From a bacterium (lineage in GTDB: Bacteria; Bacillota; Clostridia; Oscillospirales; Acutalibacteraceae), in assembly GCA_022774755.1 (NCBI GenBank), contig JALFLK010000005.1, positions 11,733 to 75,732 of the forward strand: DNA of 64,000 nt. The letters run 5' to 3'. Below the pieces are notes generated by a model. The model did no database searches. It had not been told where the DNA came from and saw only the letters and a program-made list of their open reading frames with translations. Below, one piece after another: positions 29,243 through 38,929 of this stretch. Position 1 is the first letter of the stretch; each line of letters opens with the position of its first letter. Made by a program: the position numbers and the translations under genes.

Positions 29243-30937
29243 TTATTTTTGTTGCTTTTTAAAACCGTCTTTCAGGCTTACTGCACGGTTAAACACCAAA
29301 TGCTCCGGTGAGCTGTCTTTGTTATCAGCGCAGAAATAACCAAGGCGCATAAACTGGAAGCGCTGACTGGGCTGTGAATTCAGCAGGCTTTTCTCAACCT
29401 TGCAGGTTTTGCGGATTTCAAGAGAATCGGGGTTGATATAATCAAGGAAGTTTTTGTCCCCCGAATCCGGGTCGGGCACCGTAAACAGGTTATCGTAAAG
29501 TCTTACCTCTGCGTCAACATAGTTTTTAGCGTCAACCCAATGAATGGTACCCCTTACTTTTCTGCCGTCGGGAGTGTTTCCTCCCCTTGTTTCCGGGTCG
29601 TAGGTTGCGTAAACCTCAACAACATTGCCGTTTTCGTCCTTTTTACAGCCTGTGCATTTAACTATATAGGTAGATTTAAGCCTTACCTCGTTGCCCGGAT
29701 AGAGCCTCTGATACTTTTTGATAGGCTCCTCCATAAAGTCACTGCGCTCAATGTAGCTTTCACGGGAGAAGGTTACCACCCTTGTGCCGTCCTCGGGGCG
29801 GTTAGGGTTGTTTTCTACCGTAAATTCTTCGGTCAAATCCTCGGGATAATTGGTGATTATCAGCTTTATGGGGTCGATAACCGCCATAACACGGCTTGCG
29901 CTTTCGTTTAAATCCTCTCGCAGGCAATGTTCAAGAAAGCTGTACTCAACAATGGAATTAACCTTTGAAATACCGATATTATCGCAAAAGCTTCTGATTG
30001 CCTTAGGCGTGTAGCCTCTTCGGCGAAGTCCGCAGATTGTAGGCATTCTGGGGTCGTCCCAACCGCTTACATAGCCCTCTTCAACCAAAGTGCGGAGCTT
30101 ACGCTTTGACATTACGGTGTTGTTGATGCCCAGCCTTGCAAACTCAATCTGTCTGGGCTTTGACGGAACGGAAACATTCTCAATTACCCAGTCATAAAGA
30201 GGACGGTGCGCCTCAAACTCCAATGAGCAAAGGCTGTGGGTAATGCCCTCCATAGCGTCCTCAATAGGATGGGCAAAGTCATACATAGGATAAATGCACC
30301 ATTTATCTCCTGTTCTGTGGTGGGTAATGCGATTGATTCTGTAAATTACCGGGTCACGCATATTAAAATTACCCGAAGCAAGGTCGATTTTTGCTCTTAA
30401 TGTCATCTTGCCGTCTTCAAACTCGCCGTTTTTCATTCTTTCAAACAAATCCAGGCTTTCCTCAATAGGTCTGTCACGGTAGGGACTTTTTGCAGGAGTA
30501 GTCAGGTCGCCTCGGTTCTCCCTCACCTGTTCCGGAGTCAGTTCGCACACATATGCAAGACCTTTTTTGATTAGTTCCACCGCAAAGCGGTACATATCGT
30601 CAAAATACTCCGACGCATAGTAAAAGTTATCGCCCCAGTCGTAGCCCAGCCAATGAATATCCTCTTTTATTGCGTCAACATACTCCACATCCTCTTTGGT
30701 GGGATTTGTGTCGTCCATACGCAGATTGCACATTCCGTTATATTTATCCGCCGTGCCGAAGTCAATGTAAATTGCTTTGGCGTGGCCAATGTGCAGGTAG
30801 CCGTTGGGCTCGGGCGGAAAACGGGTGTGAACCTTTTTACCCTCGTACTGACCGCCCTTAGCTATATCCATATCTATAAAATCGTGAATAAAATTTGAAG
30901 GCATTGTGCTTTCAAAGGTGTTTTTTTCTTCTGACAT
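29243..30937 (-). CDS. glnS: Glutamine--tRNA ligase
   Basis: [14 protein letters not shown] (HIGH), MSKR, DDPRMPT. Confidence 0.96.
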   Translation of the reverse strand: MSEEKNTFESTMPSNFIHDFIDMDIAKGGQYEGKKVHTRFPPEPNGYLHIGHAKAIYIDFGTADKYNGMCNLRMDDTNPTKEDVEYVDAIKEDIHWLGYDWGDNFYYASEYFDDMYRFAVELIKKGLAYVCELTPEQVRENRGDLTTPAKSPYRDRPIEESLDLFERMKNGEFEDGKMTLRAKIDLASGNFNMRDPVIYRINRITHHRTGDKWCIYPMYDFAHPIEDAMEGITHSLCSLEFEAHRPLYDWVIENVSVPSKPRQIEFARLGINNTVMSKRKLRTLVEEGYVSGWDDPRMPTICGLRRRGYTPKAIRSFCDNIGISKVNSIVEYSFLEHCLREDLNESASRVMAVIDPIKLIITNYPEDLTEEFTVENNPNRPEDGTRVVTFSRESYIERSDFMEEPIKKYQRLYPGNEVRLKSTYIVKCTGCKKDENGNVVEVYATYDPETRGGNTPDGRKVRGTIHWVDAKNYVDAEVRLYDNLFTVPDPDSGDKNFLDYINPDSLEIRKTCKVEKSLLNSQPSQRFQFMRLGYFCADNKDSSPEHLVFNRAVSLKDGFKKQQK

Positions 30938-30955
30938 TTATCATTTCTCCCATTA

Positions 30956-32401
30956 TTATGATAATTTCTCAAGTCCGGTTTCAAGCCGTCTGAGTGATTC
31001 CTCTCTGCCTAAAATATCGAGGATTTCAACTGCCCCTCCGGGAGTTACGGTTTTTCCTGCGGCGGCAATTCTTACAGGCCACATAACCGTTCCGTTTTTA
31101 AGCTCTTTTTCCTGCGCCATATTGATAAGGCAGTCGTGAATCGAGGTGTTGTCCCAGTAAGGCAGAGCTTTAAGCCTTTCATACGCCTCCTGTAAAACTC
31201 CGGGAGTGTTTTCAAGGTTTGTTTTGCTCTTTTTATTTACAAAAAGCTCCTTGTCATACTCCGGAAGCTCTGCAAAAAAGTCCAGCATTGCAGGGATTTC
31301 CGTCAGCTTTACAACTCGTTTTTGCAGAATTTCCGCAAATTTTTCCCAAGGCATCTCTTTATCGCCGAAAACCTGACGGTAATAAGGCATTGCAACAGAT
31401 GTGAATTCCTCAGGACTCATAGCCCTAATGTATTCGCCGTTAAACCATGATAATTTATCATAATCAAAAACAGCCGGCGATTTGCTGATTCCGTCAATGG
31501 AAAATGCCTGTTCAAGCTCTTTAAGCGTAAAAATCTCCCGGTTGTCCTTGGGACACCAGCCCAAAAGCGCAATATAGTTGATAATTGCCTGAGGAAGATA
31601 GCCCTCTTTGATTAAATCCTCAAAGCCTGTTGCGCCGTGGCGCTTGGAAAGCTTTGAAACCGAGCCGTCCTCATTTTTGCCCATAATCAGGGGCAAATGA
31701 ACATAGGTGGGAATCTCCCAGCCAAACGCCTGATACAGCAGATTATATTTCGGAGTAGAGCTTAAATATTCGCTTCCCCTTACCACATGAGTAATGCCCA
31801 TTGTGTGGTCGTCGATAACATTTGCAAAATTATATGTTGGGTAGCCATCTGTTTTAATAAGAATCTGATCCTGAAGCTCCGAATTTTCAACGGTTATTTC
31901 GCCGAAAACAGCGTCCTTAAAGGTAGTGCTTCCCTCAAGGGGCATTTTTTGTCGGATAACATAGGGAACACCCTCTTTGAGAAGCCTGTCGATTTCCTCC
32001 TGGGGCAAATCACGGCAATGCCTGTCGTAGCCGCCTCCGACGGTGTCCTCCTGTAATTTTTCAAGGCGCTCCTTAGTGCAAAAGCACCTGTACGCCTTGC
32101 CCTCTTTTATTAGCTGTTGCGCATAAGGCAGATACATATTCTTTCTTTCGCTTTGAACGTAGGGACCGTAATCACCGCCGATGTCGGGGCCTTCGTCGTG
32201 CTTCAGTCCTGCAATTTTCAGCGTATTGTAGATAACATCCACAGCGCCGTCCACATAGCGTTCACGGTCGGTATCTTCAATTCTCAGCACAAATTTACCG
32301 CCCTGACTTTTGGCGATAAGGTATTCGTACAGAGCTGTTCTCAGGTTGCCCACATGCATAAAGCCCGTTGGGCTTGGAGCGTATCTTGTTCTTACATCCA
32401 T
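30956..32401 (-). CDS. gltX: Glutamate--tRNA ligase
   Basis: RYAPSPTG.MHVG, LRIEDTD, KLSKR. Confidence 0.96.
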   Translation of the reverse strand: MDVRTRYAPSPTGFMHVGNLRTALYEYLIAKSQGGKFVLRIEDTDRERYVDGAVDVIYNTLKIAGLKHDEGPDIGGDYGPYVQSERKNMYLPYAQQLIKEGKAYRCFCTKERLEKLQEDTVGGGYDRHCRDLPQEEIDRLLKEGVPYVIRQKMPLEGSTTFKDAVFGEITVENSELQDQILIKTDGYPTYNFANVIDDHTMGITHVVRGSEYLSSTPKYNLLYQAFGWEIPTYVHLPLIMGKNEDGSVSKLSKRHGATGFEDLIKEGYLPQAIINYIALLGWCPKDNREIFTLKELEQAFSIDGISKSPAVFDYDKLSWFNGEYIRAMSPEEFTSVAMPYYRQVFGDKEMPWEKFAEILQKRVVKLTEIPAMLDFFAELPEYDKELFVNKKSKTNLENTPGVLQEAYERLKALPYWDNTSIHDCLINMAQEKELKNGTVMWPVRIAAAGKTVTPGGAVEILDILGREESLRRLETGLEKLS

Positions 32402-32562
32402 AATATTGATTCCTTTCAGCAGGTTTGAATACTTAATAATACTAAAATCAGCATTTAGTTAGATTTTTGTATAACACTATACTAAGTTATTTTATCACAT
32501 AACAAGCGGTATTACAATTATTTTCCGTTATTTTTTAATCAACTTAACCCCATTATCTCATT

Positions 32563-32596
32563 ACAGAAAAAACACCGCCCATATGAGCGGTGTTTT
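32563..32596. repeat. Terminator-like direct repeat, left boundary of AT-rich island
   Basis: ACAGAAAAAACACCGCCCATATGAGCGGTGTTTT; differs from 35662-35696 by 2 mismatches and 1 indel. Confidence 0.75.
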
Positions 32597-32669
32597 AATG
32601 AGTGTTTTATTCATAAATAAACTTTGCTTTCATTTTGCTGATCAAACACAGACAAAAATTGAAGTCGAT

Positions 32670-33119
32670 CTATATAAGGTTTTTAATATCAACATCCGAT
32701 GTATCAATTTTATTAAATAATGCCTCTCCTTCAGTATTTATGAAGGTAAAATCATTATCTGTTATAATTCCGCCAGACGATTTCTCAGCAACAGATTGCT
32801 TAACGACATATGCAACTCCATCTGAATAGTTATTTACACCTAAGTACCCCTTATCATTAATATTAAATTTACCTTTACCTGATGAATCATATACTGTACC
32901 ACCAATAATAAATCTTCCTTCTTTAATAGCAGGCACTCCTGTTTGTTTAAACGGCTCTAAAACTGTGTTCCAGTCTTTATCAAATACGGCAACAAAATTT
33001 TCGTCATCTTTTCCTATAAGCGGTAATGCGATTATGTTGTCACTAAAACACAACTTACTCTTGTCTTCATTTTCAAAGTACTCCCAACTTATCTTTTCGA
33101 GAGAGGCAAACTGATTTTC
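32670..33119 (-). pseudogene. C-terminal fragment of a WG-repeat-like protein
   Basis: FSDNII, AVFDKDWNTV, NYSDGVAYV, FINTEGE resemble WG beta-repeats; no RBS or clear start; frame opens directly after the upstream TGA. Confidence 0.5.
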
Positions 33120-33734
33120 TCATTTCGGTTTTTCTTCTCCGCATCCGCAAGTACCCACATAGTTTTGATTGATTCTTCCGCATTTAGGACATTGCCACTC
33201 GTTTACCTTGTGATTATCATAGTAACCGTTACTAACTCTCTTTGCTCCGCATTGACTACAGCTGCTCATTGAGCTCTGATTCCTCATTCCGCAACTGGGG
33301 CAAATCCATGAATCATTTAAAATCGGAGATGAGACTAAATGCACTTGCCTTGATACAATTCCTGACATATATTGCTCATATTGGTCATTCGCCGATTTAT
33401 CCATTCCTTTTGCACCAATCAAAAAAATTGAACCCACTACCCAAAAAACTACTCCTATAATAACCGCTGTTACCAATTCTCTTTCTTGTGAAGATGTTAT
33501 GTATCCAAAATACACCTTTGTACTCATAATTTTTGAAATAATTACAATTGCTCCTATTATGTCACAAATAATTGAGAGAACGCACAGTACATAATAGCCT
33601 GGATGGTTTGAATGATAATCCTTCAAAAATTCTTGCTTACTTTTGACTTGTTGTGTAACTCCTAAAGGAGCCCCACACATTTGGCAATAATTAATATGGT
33701 CCGGATTTTGTTTTCCGCATTTTGAACAATACAT
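33120..33734 (-). CDS. Membrane protein with N-terminal zinc ribbon and two C-terminal RanBP2-like zinc fingers
   Basis: CSKC..CQMC; two TM helices; WICPSC..CSQC; WQCPKC..CGC. Confidence 0.8.
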   Translation of the reverse strand: MYCSKCGKQNPDHINYCQMCGAPLGVTQQVKSKQEFLKDYHSNHPGYYVLCVLSIICDIIGAIVIISKIMSTKVYFGYITSSQERELVTAVIIGVVFWVVGSIFLIGAKGMDKSANDQYEQYMSGIVSRQVHLVSSPILNDSWICPSCGMRNQSSMSSCSQCGAKRVSNGYYDNHKVNEWQCPKCGRINQNYVGTCGCGEEKPK

Positions 33735-33752
33735 AATATTCTCCTAATAATC

Positions 33753-34238
33753 TTATGGTTTTTTTGTACCGCAATCGCATATATTGGTGTCGCCTTGATG
33801 CCTTTTTCCGCAATTCGGGCAATACCATATTTTGTCATTTTGAGCGACTGTATATAAACTGTCTCCTGTAGTTTGCGCAACCTGTTGATTATTACCTTTT
33901 ATTGCTGCATACAGTTTTGCTGTTTTTTCTTTTGCTTAATTTTCAAAATTTTTTATTTCCTGAATGGAATCATAATCTTCGATTTCTTTTCCCAATAGTG
34001 CAGCTTCAATATTTTCAAGCTTATTCAATACAGATGCAAGCCAGCCAAAAAACAAACCCAATAAACCAAATAATATCCATGTTTCAAGCATCAGACCAAT
34101 ATTGAAAGCATATTCTTTATGTGAATCATACCACACTGAATATGTAGTTATTTGACATGTGAAACCTAATACAATTCCAAATATAGCACCTGCAATCACA
34201 ATTAAAACTGATATTACTTTAAATTGTTTACTTTTCAT
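33753..34238 (-). pseudogene. Two-TM protein with C-terminal zinc ribbon, interrupted by in-frame TAA at 33936-33938
   Basis: Frame continues 60 codons past TAA to WYCPNCGKRHQGDTNICDCGTKKP*, homologous to the C-terminus of the next gene. Confidence 0.75.
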
Positions 34239-34249
34239 TTTACCACCTA

Positions 34250-35083
34250 TTATTTCTTCATTTCTATTAAGTGATACTTTATCTGATAATGTTCAAGCAT
34301 TTTTGCAATGTTGTCAACATAACAGCCCATAATACCAACACATAACAATGTCAATAAAGTTGAAATAATTATACCGACTGTTACTCCTATTGCCGCTGAA
34401 AAACCAATAAGTTTGGACAGGGGCTCAAACACAAAGAATAAAGCTACAGCTACTGCAATAGCAACAATAACACATACAGCCGCTAAAAATATGCAATAAC
34501 CTCTTAACATACCCGGTTTGTTTTCCTTTAGTTTCTGTTTGATAGGCTCGTTAACTTCCATTGATGTTACAAGTTCAAGTAAATCTCCGATCGCTTTATA
34601 TCTTGCATAGTAGTTTATGTAATAAATAACACATACGGCAATATTAATTGCTAACGGAATCACAGGCAGGCAAATAAAGCATTGTGCCTGTATTGATTTT
34701 GTAATAATTATAAATAAAGCACATATTATATTTGACACCAAATTTATTATAAACATTATTAGACCGAACACCCTGTATCCTGACGCTGGTAAAACAAAAA
34801 ATCTCCTGCTCATAGGATATATACTGTCACTTCTTTCGTAATCAATCATGTCGGTAAAGCAATACATTGAAGAAAACTCCATATAGCTAAAAAATACGCA
34901 AATAATCGCACACAAAACTATTACGATTTGTATTGCCACAGTTATTTGTGACACAAACGGGAAGTATGTCCCTGCCAACGAAACAGCCGGAACTACGAAA
35001 ATAACACTGAATAACGCACTAAGCACCGACAATGCAAGTATAGCTATTGCATAAATCTTGTAAATTATAGTTCGTGCATACAT
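34250..35083 (-). CDS. Hypothetical six-TM membrane protein
   Basis: Three hydrophobic hairpins; RBS AAAAGGGG before ATG at 35083. Confidence 0.7.
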   Translation of the reverse strand: MYARTIIYKIYAIAILALSVLSALFSVIFVVPAVSLAGTYFPFVSQITVAIQIVIVLCAIICVFFSYMEFSSMYCFTDMIDYERSDSIYPMSRRFFVLPASGYRVFGLIMFIINLVSNIICALFIIITKSIQAQCFICLPVIPLAINIAVCVIYYINYYARYKAIGDLLELVTSMEVNEPIKQKLKENKPGMLRGYCIFLAAVCVIVAIAVAVALFFVFEPLSKLIGFSAAIGVTVGIIISTLLTLLCVGIMGCYVDNIAKMLEHYQIKYHLIEMKK

Positions 35084-35289
35084 AAAAAAACCCCTTTTCA
35101 TAATGGAAACAGATCAGCCTAGTGTGATTTATTCCCAAAAATTCGTAAATTTCTCATAATTTTAATATATAATAACGCAGATTTTCACACTTGTCAACTA
35201 AAATTCTAAGTTTTTGCATATTTTTTAAAAATTATTCGCATAATTTCTATAATAAAGATACTACCAAACCTGAAAGAAGTGATTGAATT

Positions 35290-35619
35290 TTGATAGGAGA
35301 AAGATTGCAGGAACTCAGAAAAGACATGGGGCTTTCGCAGGCGGAATTCGCCAAAATTTTGGGAGTATCTCACTACACAGTTTCCTCATACGAATGTAAC
35401 AGAAGCGACCCAGACGACAACGCAAAAATCACTATTGCTAAGCTGTTTGATGTATCCGTTGACTATCTGCTGGGTTTGATTGACGAGCCGTTGTCTTATA
35501 ACAGAAAAAAAGTCAGCGTATCTGTACCAAGCGGATTCAGCGACGCTGATTTTAAAAATATAAAAGAATATATCAAATTCTTGGAATTCCAAAAGAACAT
35601 CGAAAACGCAGAAATATGA
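35290..35619 (+). CDS. XRE-family HTH transcriptional regulator
   Basis: LQELRKDMGLSQAEFAK.LGVS...VSSYE, FDVSVDYLLG. Confidence 0.9.
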   Translation: MIGERLQELRKDMGLSQAEFAKILGVSHYTVSSYECNRSDPDDNAKITIAKLFDVSVDYLLGLIDEPLSYNRKKVSVSVPSGFSDADFKNIKEYIKFLEFQKNIENAEI

Positions 35620-35661
35620 AGTTTAATTTACTTTTAAGAAAACAAATTTTTACTTATATAA

Positions 35662-35696
35662 ACAGAAAAAAACACCGCTCAAATGAGCGGTGTTTT
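35662..35696. repeat. Terminator-like direct repeat, right boundary of island (bidirectional terminator)
   Basis: AAACACCGCTCAAATGAGCGGTGTTTT hairpin with A/T tracts on both sides. Confidence 0.75.
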
Positions 35697-35756
35697 TTGC
35701 AAGACAACAAATGTCCGTATTAAATTTGAGATAAACTCTGAAAGACTCGGTGCAGA

Positions 35757-36530
35757 TTAACCGAAGAATTTAGCCGGCACTTCGTTAAGCCCCTGCATAA
35801 GCAAAAGAGCATTGTCTTCACACTCTTTCTTTGCGCTTTGGTCTTCTGAAACATCTAAAGCGGCACAGTAGAACGGCATACCGTCAGAAAGGAATGTTGC
35901 ATATGCAGTGAATTGAATGCTTGCTTCGTATATACCGCCCAGATCCCTTGTCGTATAGTGAAAGGTTCCCTGGCTTTTGCATACATCGTATGTTTTTGAC
36001 TGCGCCTGAACCTTTTCATTTGAAGTGCTTTCTATAGTCATATACGGCTCTTTCCCGTCTCTGAGCACCATTATATCCGTTGGTGTCGGCGGCAATTCAA
36101 ACTCAATATTCTGGCAGAAAACATACTCCATTCCGGGCAAAATATCCTCGTTTGATTTAATAGAATCTAAATCCAGATTATAATCTTCTGCAAATAATTT
36201 ATCTCCGCTTGCAACCGTTAATACCACCGGAGCGTCGTCCAAGACGTCGCTCATTGCACCCAAATTGCAATCATAGCCTACAATGGAATCATTCCATATA
36301 ACATAGTAGGAAGATTCACTGTCATCAGCACCTACCTTAGAGCAAAGTACCTTTGACCAGTCAAAGCCATTCGTTGCAGAGGATGCAGAGGTTTCAGAAA
36401 TTGCCGAGCTTTCCTTCTTTACGCTGTCTATGTCTGTTGGTCCTACGGCGCCGGTATCTTTTGACTCACAGCCGTACAGCGCAAAAGTCAGCATAACCGT
36501 GCACAAAATCAATGATACTACTTTTTTAAT
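35757..36530 (-). CDS. Putative lipoprotein (probable ATT start at 36530)
   Basis: (M)KKVVSLILCTVMLTFALYG-C lipobox; GGGGAG 8 nt upstream of ATT. Confidence 0.6.
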   Translation of the reverse strand: MKKVVSLILCTVMLTFALYGCESKDTGAVGPTDIDSVKKESSAISETSASSATNGFDWSKVLCSKVGADDSESSYYVIWNDSIVGYDCNLGAMSDVLDDAPVVLTVASGDKLFAEDYNLDLDSIKSNEDILPGMEYVFCQNIEFELPPTPTDIMVLRDGKEPYMTIESTSNEKVQAQSKTYDVCKSQGTFHYTTRDLGGIYEASIQFTAYATFLSDGMPFYCAALDVSEDQSAKKECEDNALLLMQGLNEVPAKFFG

Positions 36531-36707
36531 TTATTTTTCTCCCCTATAATTCAGCATATAAATTATAGCCAATTTACTTTGATTTTAGTATAAATTTGTA
36601 TATTTGTCAACATAATTTACCCTGAAATTCTCTGTCTATTGAAATGTGTAATATTTTAAAGATTTATCATCTTAATTTCAGGAAATATCAAACCTATGTC
36701 CTATGCC

Positions 36708-36735
36708 AAAAAACACCGCCCGACGGACGGTGTTT
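36708..36735 (-). terminator. Terminator related to the island repeats
   Basis: AAACACCG/CGGTGTTT stem downstream of the GH25 gene. Confidence 0.65.
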
Positions 36736-36754
36736 GATTTATCGATTTTTATGC

Positions 36755-38680
36755 TTACTGAATAATGTTAAGGTTATATATGTAACTGCAGTCGGAGTTT
36801 CCGCTTATGCCGTCAACCTGCTCGGTAAATGTGTACTGGTGAATATCGGCGTCTATATTGCTCATATCGCCGTCAATCTGTGCAAGCCACACGGAATAGC
36901 CTTCGTCTATCAGCTCATAACGGTCAAGATAATCGTTCCACCAGTTAAGAAAAGTATATACGCCTGCCTCATACCCGCTATTTTCCATTACAGAACACCA
37001 ATTCCGTGCTAAGCTCATTAAGCCGCAAGAGGATTGATAACTTTCCTCTAAATCGTAATATATCGGCAAATCAAAGCTCTTTCCGCCTATTGTTTTAAGG
37101 CAGTTATAAGCTTCCTCTCTTGCCTCGGACGCACTTTCCGCATAGCTGTACCAATATGCTCCGACTTTAAGTCCTGCGGCCTTTGCATTGTAATAGTTTT
37201 GATTAAATTTGCTGTCCTCTTGCCCACTGTCTTTGCCGTAGCCTGCTCTGATTATCACATAGTCATAGCCGTCGCTTTTGACCTTGTTAAAATCCACATT
37301 ATCCTGCCATACCGAAACATCAAGACACTTGACAACGCTGCCTTTCACCTCTATGGAGGCTTTGCACTGAACACCGTTGTAAAGCTTAGCAAAAATATCT
37401 GCTTTGCCCTGCTTTTTGGCAAAAATCTGCGCCTTGTTACCGCCTGCACCGTTGATTTCTATTACCTCGGGATTTGAGCTTTCATATTCATAGCTCTCTG
37501 TGCCTGACTCAAAATCAACCGTACAGGAAACGGTGCATCTCTCGCCAACCTTGATTTTCTGCGACACATTTTCAAAAGACACGCTTTGAGGCTCGCTGAA
37601 GACATTAACGGTACAGCTTGCATACACGCCGTTTGACAAAATACACTTTATTGTCGTTGTGCCCGGTGAATTTGCAGTAACAATACCGTATTCCATTGTT
37701 ACATCCGCTATATCAGTGTTATCCGAATAATAATCCCTGTGATATGCGTATGTTCCGGGGTCCTGATTGTAGCTGTTTAAATCAAATGTTTCTCCCACAC
37801 CCAAGTTAATTTCATACGCATTAAGACCTATTTTCATGCTTTGGGGAAGCACCCTGACAGTACAGCTTGTGTATATGCCGTTTGACATTATACATTTTAC
37901 GATTGTTGTGCCTGTCGCCTTGGCCGTAACAAGTCCACCTGCAACGGCAACTTCTGCTATGTCCGTGTTATCGGAATAATAATCCCTGTGGTAAGCATAT
38001 GTACCGGGGTCCTGATTGTAGCTGTTTAAGTCAAAGGTTTCGCCTATTCCCAATTCAAGTTCCGTTGCATTAAGAGAGAGCTTTGTGCTTTGGGGCTTAA
38101 CATTTATCTTAAAAGTATCGCTGCTGCCCGATGATATTGTCGCCGTTATCACCGCGGTGCCTGTGGATTTTGCCGTAATTACTGCAAGGCTGTCGCTTGC
38201 TGATGTTATGCTTGCCACATCTTCGTTACTGCTCTGCCAAACGGTATCGGCATTATCTCCGCTGATTTCGGCAAATAAATCAAAGGTTTCTCCTATGCCG
38301 AGGTTCTCGTAATCATCATAATATGTAAAGTTAATCTCAGCCGGGGCAGTTGTTGCCTCCGTGGGCTGAGTTGTTTCCTGTTTATTTGATGCGTTGCTGT
38401 CATTCTCTCCTGAATGGGACAGCATCCGCTGTATTTCGGTGACATCGAAAATATCAACTTTGCCGTCATTATTTGCGTCATAATCCTTATCATGCGGTAA
38501 ATCTGTGAGCCTTGCAATATACATCTGTATTTGTGCTGCATCGTAAATACTGTAATTTTCCGCCGCCGATACGGCAAATGCAGTTCCAAAAATAACCGAA
38601 ATCGCAGTAAGCGCCGTAATGAGAATTTTGCTTTTGCTGAACCTTTTGCTTAACCTGTGCATTTTGTGCCTCTTTTTCAT
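36755..38680 (-). CDS. Secreted GH25 muramidase with N-terminal partial dockerin and four Ig-like (Big_2) repeats
   Basis: YDANNDGKVDIFDVTEIQ dockerin loop; .GETFDL Ig repeats; LDVSVWQ, IIRAGYG, YYDLEE GH25 motifs. Confidence 0.88.
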   Translation of the reverse strand: MKKRHKMHRLSKRFSKSKILITALTAISVIFGTAFAVSAAENYSIYDAAQIQMYIARLTDLPHDKDYDANNDGKVDIFDVTEIQRMLSHSGENDSNASNKQETTQPTEATTAPAEINFTYYDDYENLGIGETFDLFAEISGDNADTVWQSSNEDVASITSASDSLAVITAKSTGTAVITATISSGSSDTFKINVKPQSTKLSLNATELELGIGETFDLNSYNQDPGTYAYHRDYYSDNTDIAEVAVAGGLVTAKATGTTIVKCIMSNGIYTSCTVRVLPQSMKIGLNAYEINLGVGETFDLNSYNQDPGTYAYHRDYYSDNTDIADVTMEYGIVTANSPGTTTIKCILSNGVYASCTVNVFSEPQSVSFENVSQKIKVGERCTVSCTVDFESGTESYEYESSNPEVIEINGAGGNKAQIFAKKQGKADIFAKLYNGVQCKASIEVKGSVVKCLDVSVWQDNVDFNKVKSDGYDYVIIRAGYGKDSGQEDSKFNQNYYNAKAAGLKVGAYWYSYAESASEAREEAYNCLKTIGGKSFDLPIYYDLEESYQSSCGLMSLARNWCSVMENSGYEAGVYTFLNWWNDYLDRYELIDEGYSVWLAQIDGDMSNIDADIHQYTFTEQVDGISGNSDCSYIYNLNIIQ

Positions 38681-38849
38681 ATCAGAAAGTATAAAATAAG
38701 TGCTTTTTCGTTTTATTTAACCATTTTAAAAACGAACTTGCAATAAAATTGTAGTAAATTTTTAACAATTTGTCAAGTTTTTAATATTTTTAGCTTTTTT
38801 GATTGCTTTAGAGAATTGAGCGACTGACTTATATACACAAATAATACGC

Positions 38850-38888
38850 AAAAAACCCGAAATCTGTATAAAACAAATTTCGGGTTCT
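38850..38888 (-). terminator. secA terminator
   Basis: AACCCGAAAT/ATTTCGGGTT stem with a T tract on the minus strand. Confidence 0.7.
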
Positions 38889-38929
38889 TATACATCATTT
38901 ATCAGCGGACATAAACTTTTTGTTATTTA

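Noticed and set aside
33662-33880. 72-aa ORF in the track
   Set aside because: Wrong frame; the real coding signal is the zinc-ribbon tail in frame with 33936-34238.
32600-36530. Prophage remnant
   Set aside because: No integrase, structural or replication genes, and the XRE gene is divergent from the membrane genes rather than co-oriented as in lysogeny modules.
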